Below the pieces are notes generated by a model. The model had not been told where the DNA came from and made no database searches. It saw only the letters and a program-made list of their open reading frames with translations. A stretch of DNA of 64,000 nucleotides from Monocercomonoides exilis PA203. Taxonomy: Eukaryota > Protista > Preaxostyla. Made by a program: the position numbers and the translations under genes. Shown here piece after piece: positions 13,010-25,000 of this stretch (positions are counted from its first letter, which is position 1; the number at the start of each line of letters is the position of its first letter). The stretch covers positions 620,001-684,000 of the forward strand of contig LSRY02000042.1 in NCBI GenBank assembly GCA_001643675.2, written 5' to 3'.

Positions 13010-15187
13010 ATGTCAACAACACCACGATCTTTGAAAGATGCAGACGAAAGAACCAAAAAGCAACAAACACCACATACCCAACGGTCCGCTGTGCTGACAC
13101 CTTCAAATTCGACTCCTCAATCTTCAAGAACATCTTATAGAATTGCATCAAATTTAGTCGAGGAAGGCCTAGCTGGATCTCTTCCCGTAAAAACAATACA
13201 TCGAAAACATCGTCATACAACTAGACACAAAACAAAACCGGATGAAACAGAAGAAATCGAGGAAACAATCCATTTCACAATAAAAAATAAAAATGCAGAG
13301 GACGAACAAAATAGAAGATTTGACACACAAACTGATGAAAGAATTAAAACATCACAAGAAAAGGAATATGAAGATGATAATAAAGACATCATTGAAAAAA
13401 CACCCAGAAGTTCAAGAAAAAACCGAAATCTTCAAGGGCATCATCACACTCCACAGAAAAAGAATTATACGGAGACATCTTCAACTCCAAGAGAGAGAAC
13501 GTCACGATCACATCACGCTCATTCTGGTTCTTCGTCTGCGTTGTCCTCTTCAACAACTCCATCTGTAAAAAAATCCGAAAGAATTGACGAAACACCTTTT
13601 TATAAGGAGATGTCTCCTTTTTCGTCTCCTCAGCGCTCTCAACCGCAGTCAAGTCCTCTTCTTGCGCGTCAAATGTCACCACAAGCGAAATCATTCTATC
13701 CGACGTCAACACTTTCACATCAGTTGGGTGTTCCTTCTTCATCTATATTACCGTCTCCGTCTTTTTCAAGTTCTTATCCTTCTTCTTCAGGTTCGATGCA
13801 ATCAACTGAAGCTTCTTCTCTTCGCCCTCCCCTTTCCCCTCGACTGAGATCACCACCTCGACACCCGGTCATTCCGCACTCTTCTTCTGCCGCTGCTGCA
13901 AGAGCAAAGACAGGTGCTCCAATGACGTCACTTCACACTCCAATTCAACCAACTTCTTCGTCTCTTTTTGAAGGATCAAGAAAAGAAAGTGCTTATCATT
14001 CACCAGCATCAGAGAAAAGCCGTCATTCGACAAGAGATAAACGAAGCGCAAGAAGAAAAGAAGAATTCGATGAAGAAAGAGATTATGGGAAAGTGTATAA
14101 TCCATCTGATAGGACAGCACGCGATTCACTTCCAAGCGAAAGAAATGTTATTAAAGAGAGAGAAATAGATGCTGATGAGGAGAACCACAGCGAAGAAGAA
14201 GAAGAGGAGGAGGAGGAAGATGAAGAAGCTGATCACAAAAGAAGTGAAGATTCAGTGGAAGATGAAGGATGTGTAGCTGAAGGGAGACTTGAAGATGAGG
14301 AAGAGAGACAAGAAGATGAAGATAAAAGTGAAGGCGAAGACGAATACGAAGACGAAAATCAAATGAGGGGAGAAGATGAAGACCTGGATGAGGGAGAGAA
14401 CAAAGGCAGATTAGAAGATGAAGAGGAGGAGGGGGAGGAAGAGGAGGAGTATGCTAAAGAAGATGCTGAAGAATCTTCTGCATCTGATTCATCTCTTCCA
14501 TCGCCACTGCTGACTTTTAAGCCCAAGCAGACTGTTTGCCAGTGCACATCAACGCCGTCTCGCTCACCACATCGCACAACCCCACTGCTTTCATCATCAT
14601 CGCCATCCTCTTCTTCTTCTTCTTCTTCTTCAAATTCTATGCGCTCTCCTTCTTCTCTTCATTCTCGGAATACTCCAATCAGCATTCGCACAACGTCTTC
14701 TCCTCTGCCTTTCGGCTCCAGCCGCAGCGCAGCTTCGAATTCACCAAAAGTGGCTGCGACGAATTCTCCTCTGAAATCTTCTGGCCTTCTCGGCACACTC
14801 TCGCCTTCTGGCTCGCCTCGTACGCTTCGTTCGACAAGAACAGTTATTGCTGATCCAAACGGGGAAGATTCGGGAATATGCGTGATCGAAGAGATTGAGG
14901 AGGAAGAAGAAGGCGACGGATATATCAAACATACTGTGAAAAAGATAACAACAATGCACAAGTCTCCTCAATCTTCACCAATTAGTCATCGTTCTTCAGC
15001 GTCAAAACACCTCAATCACTCTAGCACATCAAAGCCAATCTCTGAATCTCCTCTGCTTCGGAAGAAATCGCAAAGGATGTCGGAAACAGGCGCTCAGCAA
15101 GATAAACCTCCTCGTAGTCCTCCTCATCAATCAACTGGTATTCTTCAACCAGTATCTTTGGTTAGATCAAGATTACATAAAACTTAA
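13010..15187 (+). CDS. Ser/Pro/Glu-rich disordered hypothetical protein, 725 aa
   Basis: Long uninterrupted ORF with coding-like GC, many SP/TP motifs and a central acidic tract. No recognisable domain. Confidence 0.8.
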   Translation: MSTTPRSLKDADERTKKQQTPHTQRSAVLTPSNSTPQSSRTSYRIASNLVEEGLAGSLPVKTIHRKHRHTTRHKTKPDETEEIEETIHFTIKNKNAEDEQNRRFDTQTDERIKTSQEKEYEDDNKDIIEKTPRSSRKNRNLQGHHHTPQKKNYTETSSTPRERTSRSHHAHSGSSSALSSSTTPSVKKSERIDETPFYKEMSPFSSPQRSQPQSSPLLARQMSPQAKSFYPTSTLSHQLGVPSSSILPSPSFSSSYPSSSGSMQSTEASSLRPPLSPRLRSPPRHPVIPHSSSAAAARAKTGAPMTSLHTPIQPTSSSLFEGSRKESAYHSPASEKSRHSTRDKRSARRKEEFDEERDYGKVYNPSDRTARDSLPSERNVIKEREIDADEENHSEEEEEEEEEDEEADHKRSEDSVEDEGCVAEGRLEDEEERQEDEDKSEGEDEYEDENQMRGEDEDLDEGENKGRLEDEEEEGEEEEEYAKEDAEESSASDSSLPSPLLTFKPKQTVCQCTSTPSRSPHRTTPLLSSSSPSSSSSSSSSNSMRSPSSLHSRNTPISIRTTSSPLPFGSSRSAASNSPKVAATNSPLKSSGLLGTLSPSGSPRTLRSTRTVIADPNGEDSGICVIEEIEEEEEGDGYIKHTVKKITTMHKSPQSSPISHRSSASKHLNHSSTSKPISESPLLRKKSQRMSETGAQQDKPPRSPPHQSTGILQPVSLVRSRLHKT

Positions 15188-15276
15188 GATTCAGTTTTGC
15201 GAATTCAGACAATTTTTCACAAAATTAAAAAAAAAAACAAAGTATGCTCAAAAAATATTTTTATATAACAAAGTAT

Positions 15277-15636
15277 TTAAGATTGATCAGATGATGCTTT
15301 TTTTCTTGTTGGACATTGTTCCTTCAGCAATTCTATCTTCGCTTTGAGTTCTTTCACTTTTGACTAAATTGAGAAATATGTGTAATAATTTACAAATAAC
15401 TTTTTAATTCAAACTGTGCAATGATCGCTTTCGTCAGATATTTCTGTGAATTCTTTTAGTAACTGTTCATTGAATTGTTCATTTTCTTTCTTTTGAATTT
15501 TTATTGATTCATACAAATCTGATAATTCCTGTTGAACATTATCGACTGATTCATAAATGGGGATAGCCAAGTATTCTTGAGCTTCTATTGCTTCTTGTTT
15601 TTCTGTTGAATTTAAATTTATTACCGTTGCATTCAT
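15277..15636 (-). CDS. Small coiled-coil protein, Snapin/Pallidin (BLOC-1 subunit)-like, exons 15636-15415 + 15363-15277, 102 aa
   Basis: Phase-0 intron 15364-15414 (GTTTGA...TTTAG) extends the ORF with SKVKELKAKIELLKEQCPTRKKASSDQS*. The family call is by-eye similarity only. Confidence 0.6.
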
Positions 15637-15706
15637 TGAAAATCAAATCTCGAAATTTAAAAAAATTATTTAAGGGTTGAAGTCCTTTAATTCAGTTTTT
15701 AACTGA

Positions 15707-16980
15707 ATGGCGATGATTGTTTTTATTTGTTTGAGCTTGCATACTGCATTTGCATGGAATTTGAGAAAACTTGCACTTGAAATAAATTCAAGAAACGGAA
15801 TTTCGTGGACTGCTGGAATTAATCCTCGATTTGAAGGAATGAGCGAAGAAGAATTCCGGCAAATTAATGTTGCAAAGCATAACCCTAATAGCTTCACAAC
15901 TCCGTTTGAAGATGAAAATGAAGATTTTCAAGTGCCAGAGGAATTTGATTCTCGGTCGCAATGGTCAAGTTGCCCAACAATAGGCCATATTTATGATCAA
16001 GGGCATTGCGGAAGTTGCTGGGCGATGTGCTCTTTTGAAGTCTTGCAAGACCGTTTTTGCATACACTCAAATGGTTCAGAAAAGCCATGGCTTTCAGGGC
16101 AGGATGTCACTTCTTGTGATAAAAGATCATATGGTTGCGGAGGGTTTAAACACATTTTTCTTTAAAGTTTTAATTACAAATAAAAATGTTTAAATGGATT
16201 GGTTTTAAAATATGTATATACAGTGGTTGGTCCTCAACCGCTTTCTCATATTTCCAACAGAAAGGAATACCTACTGAGCAATGTGTTCCATATTTAATGG
16301 GAACTTGCAAGCATCCAGGTTGCTCAACTTGGCCAACTCCCCAATGCAATCGCACATGCAGCGGAAATGCATCGATTAATTATGAGGTTTGTTCAGAATT
16401 TTTATTGTTTATTACAAATTTCCCTTTAATAAATTCGATGAAATTCATTTATTTTTTAACAAAGAACGATAAGTATTACGCTGTCTCTGGATATAAGATA
16501 CGAGCGGATGAAAAAGCAATTCAACAAGAAATCATGCGAAATGGACCAGTTACAGCTGTCTTTTCAACATACGATGATTTGGCCGTTTACAGAAGAGGTG
16601 TTTATCAACATGTTGCAGGAAAAGCTCAAGGTCTTCATGCAATAAAAATTGTGGGATGGGGCGTGTGGAGAGAAAGCGAGCATCCCATGACAGAAGAGGA
16701 GAAGAGAAGAGAAGAAGAAGAGAAGAAAGAAAGCAAAGAAAAAAGAGAAGACAAATGGCATGATGCAAAGCAGGAGCTCAAAACAGATGAAAAAGAAAAA
16801 GGTGTACCTTATTGGACGATTGTGAATTCTTGGGGACTTGATTTCGGTATGGATGGAATATTACTAATCAAAAGAGGATCGAACGAATGTGGAATAGAAT
16901 CTGATGTGTATACAGGAATGCCAAAATTGTCAAAAACTGTTGACAGAAAAATTGGAAAAAAAGAAAAGACATATTATTGA
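15707..16980 (+). CDS. CTSB: Cathepsin B-like papain-family (C1A) cysteine protease, 3 exons
   Basis: Signal peptide; propeptide SWTAGINPRF; PEEFDSRSQW; QGHCGSCWA, GLHAIKIVGWG and NSWG catalytic motifs; NGPV; IKRGSNECGIE. Introns 16144-16223 (restores CGGGW) and 16387-16464. Confidence 0.93.
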
Positions 16981-17505
16981 GACAAGCAATTTAAAGTGAT
17001 GCTTCAAAAATTAAAAGTTATTATATTTGAAAGTTTATTATTTGTTTGTTTTTAAAGTTATTTCACTTCAAAAACGTTTTTTGTACTTAATTTCTTCTTT
17101 CATGTGTTGAATTTTGAAAAGAACAGTCCTTTCTTGAAAAAAGAAAAGTACATGTTGTTTTCTGTCTTTTAGACAATATATCTTCGATCGTAAGACATAT
17201 TTGAAGTGCATCCTTTTTCATTTTTTATCAATCAATTTATTTCCAAAAAAAAAATGTAATTTTTTAAGATATGAAAATGCATTCCCAGCAAAAAAATTAG
17301 ATAATGGAGCAATAACAATAATAAGAATTGATGAATTAATTAACTAAAAGATACAAAAGTTACCAAAAGTTTCAAACAGTCAGCTTAATCAAACAGTTTT
17401 AGTAACATTTCATTTCCGTTAACCGCAACGAGAATAATTTTCATAAGTTTCTCTATTATTCATGCAAACAATTTATCGAAGAAGTGATTTTTTATTTATA
17501 TTATT

Positions 17506-19035
17506 TCATTCTTTGCCATCTTGTATGTCGTCAGGATGCTGAATTGCCTGTGGCGGAAGTACAAACGAAGAGCTTTTGTTAGGCTCATCAAGCAATAAAG
17601 CAGGGTCATCAAGTGGCGGAGGTGAAAACACAGAAAAAGGCAAAGAAGGGTTAGAAAAGGAGGAATATTCAGATAAAGCAGAAGACGATGAGCATTGATA
17701 GCGTGGAAAATGCATTGTGTTGTGTGACGTTGTGGAGTGGGAAGAAGGAGACGAAGGAATGTCAATTAAAGAAGTGGCATTGATAGCAGTATTTGAATAA
17801 GGAGAAGAAGAAGATGATGATGATGACAATGAAGAAGAAGAAGAAGAAGAAGAAGATTCGTCAAGAGAAGAAGAAGAAGAAGAAGAAGATGATGATGATG
17901 ATGATGATGACAATGAATGAGAAGGAACAACAGGCAACTGTGACGAAGAACGAGCTTCCTGCAATTCTTGCAGTTGGCTTTGCGGAGAAACGGTCGAGGC
18001 AGCACGATGAGAAGCTCTTAGCTCTTCCAAAATCGAATGGGCCAATTCAAAATGAGTCTGTTCAATAAAAGTCTGCTCATGTTCATTTGAATGTCTCCTT
18101 TTGCTTTCTGCATCAGAAGGCTCGCTTGGAAAAGGAGGCATTTGCTGCTCCACTGAAGCTGAGGACACCTTTCTTGCCAAAACTTTGTTGGGAGAAGAAT
18201 GAAACGGGTTCCATTTTCCAACGTCGCTGTGCAAAGCTGGTAATTCATCTGCATTCGTCACACTGAAAATGCGATTTCGCTTATTTTCAGATCGACTTTT
18301 CATCATAGAATTTGATAAAATGGGAGAATTGCGAAAACCATGAGGCGAAAAAGTTGGCGGGCGGGCAGGTGCAGGAGGTAAAGTCATGTGAAAAGGTGGA
18401 TGTATTGTCTTTTCTGGATTTTGATTAAAAAATCGTTCAAAATCGGAAAGAGTTGGAGGAGGCGGAGGCGGAGGAAGAGAATGTGAACTCTTTTTTGAAC
18501 TCAAAGGAAGCTTTCCATATAATGTAGAAATATTTTCATCTTTTGATAAATCCTTTAACATCTCAGGATTGCGCAATTTTTGATATTTTTGTTTGTATTC
18601 AAATGAGCGATTGTAACTAGCTCCAAGCGTGTGCGTAGAATCACTACAAAAATTCAAGCAATTCTCCTGTGAAGATAAGCGAGATCGGGAGGGAAGATCT
18701 GAAGTTATTATTGAGGGTGGAGTTTGAATTATCTTCGTAGAATCACTAGGATTCACGCCATGCGCTTTAAGAATAGAGGTAGGGATAAATACAAACTTTT
18801 CCATCGGAACAGATAATGGAGTATGAACAACATGTGAATAATCTATATCTTCATTTTCTGAAGAGAAATCATTTCTTAATGGTTCTGTTCGTCTTAATTG
18901 AGCAGCTTGAAGTGCCTCCGTTAACGTAGCATGTTTTTTTTGAACTTGCTTTGGATAATTGCGTTCACGAAGAGGAAAAGAAGTTTCGGTCATAAGAAAA
19001 AAAATCAATTCATTTAAAAAAATAATTACTTTCAA
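17506..19035 (-). CDS. Ser/Pro-rich hypothetical protein (~495-509 aa)
   Basis: Long ORF with polyproline and poly-Ser tracts. The first ATG (MTETSFPL, ~18993) is the likelier start. Confidence 0.75.
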   Translation of the reverse strand: MKVIIFLNELIFFLMTETSFPLRERNYPKQVQKKHATLTEALQAAQLRRTEPLRNDFSSENEDIDYSHVVHTPLSVPMEKFVFIPTSILKAHGVNPSDSTKIIQTPPSIITSDLPSRSRLSSQENCLNFCSDSTHTLGASYNRSFEYKQKYQKLRNPEMLKDLSKDENISTLYGKLPLSSKKSSHSLPPPPPPPTLSDFERFFNQNPEKTIHPPFHMTLPPAPARPPTFSPHGFRNSPILSNSMMKSRSENKRNRIFSVTNADELPALHSDVGKWNPFHSSPNKVLARKVSSASVEQQMPPFPSEPSDAESKRRHSNEHEQTFIEQTHFELAHSILEELRASHRAASTVSPQSQLQELQEARSSSQLPVVPSHSLSSSSSSSSSSSSSSSLDESSSSSSSSSLSSSSSSSSPYSNTAINATSLIDIPSSPSSHSTTSHNTMHFPRYQCSSSSALSEYSSFSNPSLPFSVFSPPPLDDPALLLDEPNKSSSFVLPPQAIQHPDDIQDGKE

Positions 19036-19292
19036 TTCCTACAGCATAACCATTACTTTTTTTTGAACAAAAATCATTTTCGTTTTTAATAGTTGTAAAA
19101 GATAGCAAGAACGATAGTTGGAAGTTTGCTTGGTAACATGTTAATAAAATAATGATTTCCGAAAACGAACTTTGTTTAAATTCAAAATTACTCCATTTTT
19201 TCAATAAATATTTTATTAGGGCAGCAAAATTGAAGTGTTAATCTTTTGAAGCTCCTTTTATATCGGACAACAATACCTCCATTTTACAAATT

Positions 19293-22008
19293 TTGATGTT
19301 TGCTGTAACAACGTGTTTTTTTACTGTTTTGACTCTTCTTTTAGCCATTTCGTTAAATATCTGTTTTGTGGATATAAAAAAGAGAATGACTGATAAAAAG
19401 TCGCAAGATCATATGACATCATCAAAGGTTATAAGGCCTCCAACCCCTGTGAATAAAGTTGCATCATACGTTGGATTCGCAATTGATTCAACTGGAAGAC
19501 TTGTAATGGAATTAGAAGGAGGAAAAGAAAAAATTCGACCAACTCAAAAAGAAAGACATGCAAAGATGCATGAAAAACAATTGGATGGAACTTTTAATCC
19601 ACCTTTTCCGTTTCCAAGAGCGAGAAATAAAGAAAGGAAACAAGCAAACACAATTACTCATCATAATGAACCGTATTTTGAAAAGCATGCGTCAAAGACT
19701 CGGCCAAAGTCTGCTGTAATTCCAACCGAAACCAGAGAAAAAAGCAGCGCAGAAATGAAAAGATTAGCTATTCTTCAGAGATTAACCGCCGAGGAAGAAA
19801 AACTGAAGGAAAGAATCCAAAAAGCAGAGCAGCAGACACTTCGCTTCAGCATTCTGAAAAAGCAGAAAGAAAAGCAGAAAGAAAAGCAGAAAGAAAAGCA
19901 GAAAGAACGCGAAAGGCAAAGGCTGACGAAAAGAGCAAGTCACACAGCTGACCCGACAGAAGGAAGAAGAAAGGAGAAAGAAGCAACATGCTATCAGAAA
20001 ATGCTGTTGGCAGAGGACAAGAAGAGGAAGGAGGAGGAAGCCAGGAAAGAGAAAGGCATTGCAGAAGCGCTGCACAGCTGTGTGTTTCGTGTAGAAGGAG
20101 GGATGAGCGATGATTTGAGTGCAGAACGAGAGTGCTATGCGAAAGGAGAGGAGAAGAAGACGCTGGTTGAGCTGGCTGTTGGGAGAGGAGCGAAAGACAG
20201 AAGCAGGACAACAGCACTTCAGAAAATAGAGCAAATGGAACAAAAACATACAAAGAAGGCAAAGGAGAGGGAGAGGGAGAGGGAAAGAGAGAGGGAGAGG
20301 GAGAAGGAGAAAGAAGAGGAAAGACGAAGAAGAGGAAAGAAGGAGAAAATTCAGGAAAGAAGAGGGGCTGAAGACATTGTTGAGTATATCAGCAAGACCA
20401 ACAACACATTCAACAAAACTGCCCCTGTTCATAAATCATCCACTCATTCATCATCTTCTTCCTCTTTTTCTTCCTCTTCCTCTTCCTCATTTGATGACAG
20501 CGTCCAAGCACAAACACTCACCCAAGCGCTTGCCTCTGCGCAGCTGATGATGTCGTATTCTTTCTCTTCTCCTCTCTCTGCCCAGCCGAAAGCCAAAGGG
20601 AAAATGCCATTTTCATTGGAGACTCCGTCTTTTGCACCAGAAATCCCGTTTCCTCCAGTGCCTGAATCGATTGGAGAAGGAGGAGTGAAGGAGAAAAGAG
20701 AGAAAGAGAGAAAGGAGAAGGAGAAAGAGAAAAAGGAAAAGGAAAAGGAAGAAGAAGAAAAGAAGAAAAGGGGGAAAGAAGGAAGAGAAGAGAGAAAAGG
20801 AGAAAGAAGAAAAGGAGGTGTGAGCGAGGATAAGAGCAAGGAAAAGAAAAAGAGGAAAGGAAAAGAGAAAGAGAAAGAGAAAGAGAAATTGAACGACAAA
20901 GGAAAAAAGGCGAATTCGAAGGCTAAGGCGAATAAAAAGAAATCAAAAGATCGAAAGAAAAAGGAGAAAATGGAAGATAAACATCATTCACAATCATCAT
21001 CATCATCTTCTTCTTCTTCTTCTTCTTCACCCTCCTCTTCCTCCTCTTCTTCCTCTTCTCCCAAGCTTCATCGTCATCATCGCAAGCACGAGCACAATCA
21101 TCGCCATCGCCATGATTCCATTCTCAATCTCTTCAAAACACAAAAATTTGGCTTGTCAAAAGCAGAATTGGAGCATATTGACACAAACACAGAGAAAGAG
21201 GAAGAGGAGAAAGAGAAAGAGAAGAAGGAAAAAGAAAAGGAAAAGGAAAAAGAGAGGAAAAAGGAGAAAGAGAAAGAAATGAGGAGAAAGAGGAACGAAG
21301 CGAAAGAGCACAAACAAGAAATAGGCAAACACAAAATGACTGAAAAGATTACAATGCAAAGGAAAACAAAAGAAGAAGAAGAAGAATTGAAAGAAGTGAA
21401 GGAAGAAGAAGAGGAAGGAGGGAAGGAAAAAGAAGAAAAAGAAAAAGGAAAAGGAAAAATTAGCATTCCATTTTCTGTTGATCGTCTTCAACAGCCAAAA
21501 TTATCAGCAAAGCCATCTCCTTTTGATTCTCTTCCTCCTCCTCCGCCTTCTCCTTCTCCTCTCCCTTCTTCTTCTTCTCTTTCTTCTTCTTCTCTTTCTT
21601 TTCCATTTCATCCACAACAGAATCTTTTATTTCCTCTTCCTCTTCCTTCTTCTTCTTCTTCTTCTTCTTCTTCTTCTTCTTCTTCTTCTTCTTCTTCTTC
21701 TTCCTCATTAGCATCTCCTCCTCCTCCTCCCTTTTCTCTCTTCAATTCCTGTCCTGATATACGCCCATTCACTTCTTCTTTATCTTCATCCTCCTCTTCT
21801 TCTTCTTCTTCCTCTCCTTCTTCTTCTTCTTCTTCTTTTACAACAAAAGACATTAAACTTTCTCAACATCAACATATTCAACATAATCAAATGATGAATG
21901 AGCAATCTCATCTTCTTCCTTCTCCTCTTAATTCTGCTTTCTCTTTGTTTCGTTCTTATGATCATCTACCTCTATCGTCATCAACATCTTCTTCTTCTTT
22001 TCCTTCTA

Positions 22009-22039
<31 letters not shown>

Positions 22040-25000
22040 ATTGAATACAACCAACCAAAATGCAAATAATTCACATATTGTTTGTGATAATTCGGTTAGT
22101 AATATTTGTTCTCTTCCTCCTTCTCTTCCTCAATCATTGTCTTCTTCTCATTCTCCTTCTTCCTCTCCTTCTTCTTCTTCTTCTTCCTTTTCTTCTTCCT
22201 TTTCTTCTTCCTCTTCTTCCTCTTCCTCTTCTCCTCCTCCTTCTTCTTCTTCCACGACTTCTTCCTCCTCCCCTTCATCATCATCATCTTCTTCTTCTTC
22301 TTCCTTTTCCTCTTCCTCTCCCACTTCCTCTCTCCATCCACATGTTCCCACAATGCCAATTCTTCTCCATCGAAGCTCTTCAGACAATGCAATCGCTCCT
22401 TCTTCATCTGCACTGAACAAACAAGATGATAACAGCAATATAAATAGCATAAATAGCATAAACAGAACAAATAAAGATAATGAGAATCAAGAGATGAATA
22501 AAAACAATAATAATAATATTAATATTAATATTAATATTAAAGATGTTAAAACTACCAATAACACCCATTCCTTTTCTTTCCCTTCTTCTTCTCATCTGAT
22601 TTATCCTTCGATCTTTTCATACGCCCAACAAAACATACACAAATTGAGACAAACAAAAACAAAAGGAAAGAAAAAAGAAACAGAAATATCTTCTTTTCCT
22701 CTCTTTGTTTGCCAATCTTCTTCGAATGTGATAAAAAAATCGAATTCTTCTTCTTCTTTGCCTATTTGCTATTCATTCAATGAAGAAAAATCAGATGAAA
22801 AGAATAAAAGAAGTGAAGGAAGAAGTGAAAGAAGTGAAAGAAGAGAAAAAGAAAGAGAAAAAGAAAAAGAAAAAGAATGTGATGAAGATGATGAGGAAAC
22901 GAAGAAGATGATGGGGAAGGAGAAGGAGAAGGAGGAGAAGAAAAGAAATGAGAGGAAGAAGAGAAAAGAAGAGGAAAGAAGAGGAAGAAAAGAGAGAAGA
23001 AGAGGAAGGAGAAGAAGAGGAAGAAGCATAAAAGCCAGAAAAGTGGATAAAGCAGAAGGAGATGAGACTTCGTTGATTGGTTTTCTGTCATCGCTTGTAT
23101 CACAACATACTTCTTATCCTGCAAATTATTTGAAATCTTCTTCTTCTTCTTCCTCTTCTTCCTCCTCCTTTCCTTCATCTTCTTCTAATGTTAATGTTAA
23201 TGTTAATGCAATTCAATCTGAATTTATTAATTCTTCCTCTTCCTCTTCCTCTTCTTCCTCATCAAATAAAGCAGAAGTTGACAACACCTCCTTTTCTTCC
23301 ATTTTGACATCAGCTGTTGAAGTCTCATCTCCTTCTCCTTCTCCTTCTTTTCGTTCTTCTCGTTCTCATTTTTCTCCTCTTCCTTCTCCTTCTCCTTCTC
23401 CATCATCATCTTCTTCATCATCATCATCTTCTTCAAAGACATCTTCCTTCCAGACAGTGCATTCGAGTGATGTCGACAGCGAAGAAGAGGCGATGAGGAT
23501 GATTACACAGAAGATGAGCCAGCTGAGGAAGGAGAAGAAGAAATGGATGTTGATCAGAAGGAAGATAGAGATTGTGTCAAATAGACTGTGCTATGGAGGA
23601 AGAGGAGGAAGAGGAAGAGAAGGAGGAGGAGGAGGAGGAGGAAGGAGGGAAGAGAAGAAGGAAGAGAAGAAGACGGAGGAGAAGGAAAAGGAAAAGGAAA
23701 AGGAAGAGAAAGAAGGCGAAGATAGGGAAATTGATGATGTTAATAGAAATAATACAAAGAACAATGAATCAAAAGCAATAGATGAAGATAACAAGGACAT
23801 CACAAATGAAGATAAATGTGAATGCAGTCATCGAATATCACACCATTCTCATTCAATTTCGTCCTCTTCTGTTTTCTCTCCCTTTTTTGTGTCTGCCCAA
23901 TTGTCATTGAGCGATGCACCGAATGAAAGAGAAGGAAAGAAAGCTCATAAAAAACATGAGCATCATAAGCATAAGCATAAACATAAAGAGAAAAATATTG
24001 AGAAAGAGAAAGAGAAAGAAAGAAAGAAAGAGAAAGAGAAAGAGAAAGATGAAGTCAAAGATAAAAACTATAATTCCAAAAGCCAAAAGAATAATCAACG
24101 CAAACACACGTATCATCAAAGGCATCATTCGATGATTGAGAAGAAGCCATCTTCTTTTCCTCTTTCTCCTCTTTTGTTGAATGCTCATATTTCTCATTCA
24201 TCTTCTCCTCCTCCTCTTCGTCTCCATTCTCATTCGCATTCTCGTTCTCATTCACTTTCTTCTGATCATCCTACTTCTTCTCATTCTCCTTCTTCTGCTT
24301 CTTCAACATCTTCAACATCTTCCTCTTCTTCTTCCTCTTCAGCATGGTTAGGTTCTTCATTCTTTTCTTCTTCTTCTTCCTCCTCCTCCTCCTCTTCTTC
24401 TTCTTCCTCTTCTTCCTCTCCTTCTTCCTCTCCTTCTCCTTCTCCTTCTCTCTCCTCCTTCTCTCTCTCCTCTGATGAAGTCATTTCTCTCTCTTCCTTC
24501 TCCTCTTTCTCCTCTTTCTCTTCGATCTCTGAGCCTTCTCTTGTCTCCACCCCTTCCTCCTTCCTCACCCTCCTCTCTTCCCTCTACTTCACCCTCTTCG
24601 AAAACACCCTTCCTTCTTCTCATCATCCTCCTTCCTCTCACACTTCATCGCCTGACTCATTCAATCAAATGAATTGCGCTAATAATAATAATAATAATAC
24701 CTTCACATTCACAACACAAAATATGAAAGGAGGAGGAGCAGAACGAGAAAGAGGAGGAAGATCACATTCACTGCCACCTTCTTCTTCTTCTTCTTCTTCT
24801 TCATTTCCTTCTTCCTCTTCCTCCTCCTCCTCCTCCTCTTCTTCTTCTTCTTCCATCACAAACAAACCCTTCTCTATATTCTCCTCTTCATTCCACAACA
24901 CTGTCAAAGGAAGAGAAATGTTTCATTCTCTTTCTCCTCCTCCTTCTCCTTTCTCTCCTCCACCAGCACATTCATTCCACACGCCTCTTAATTTTGTTGT

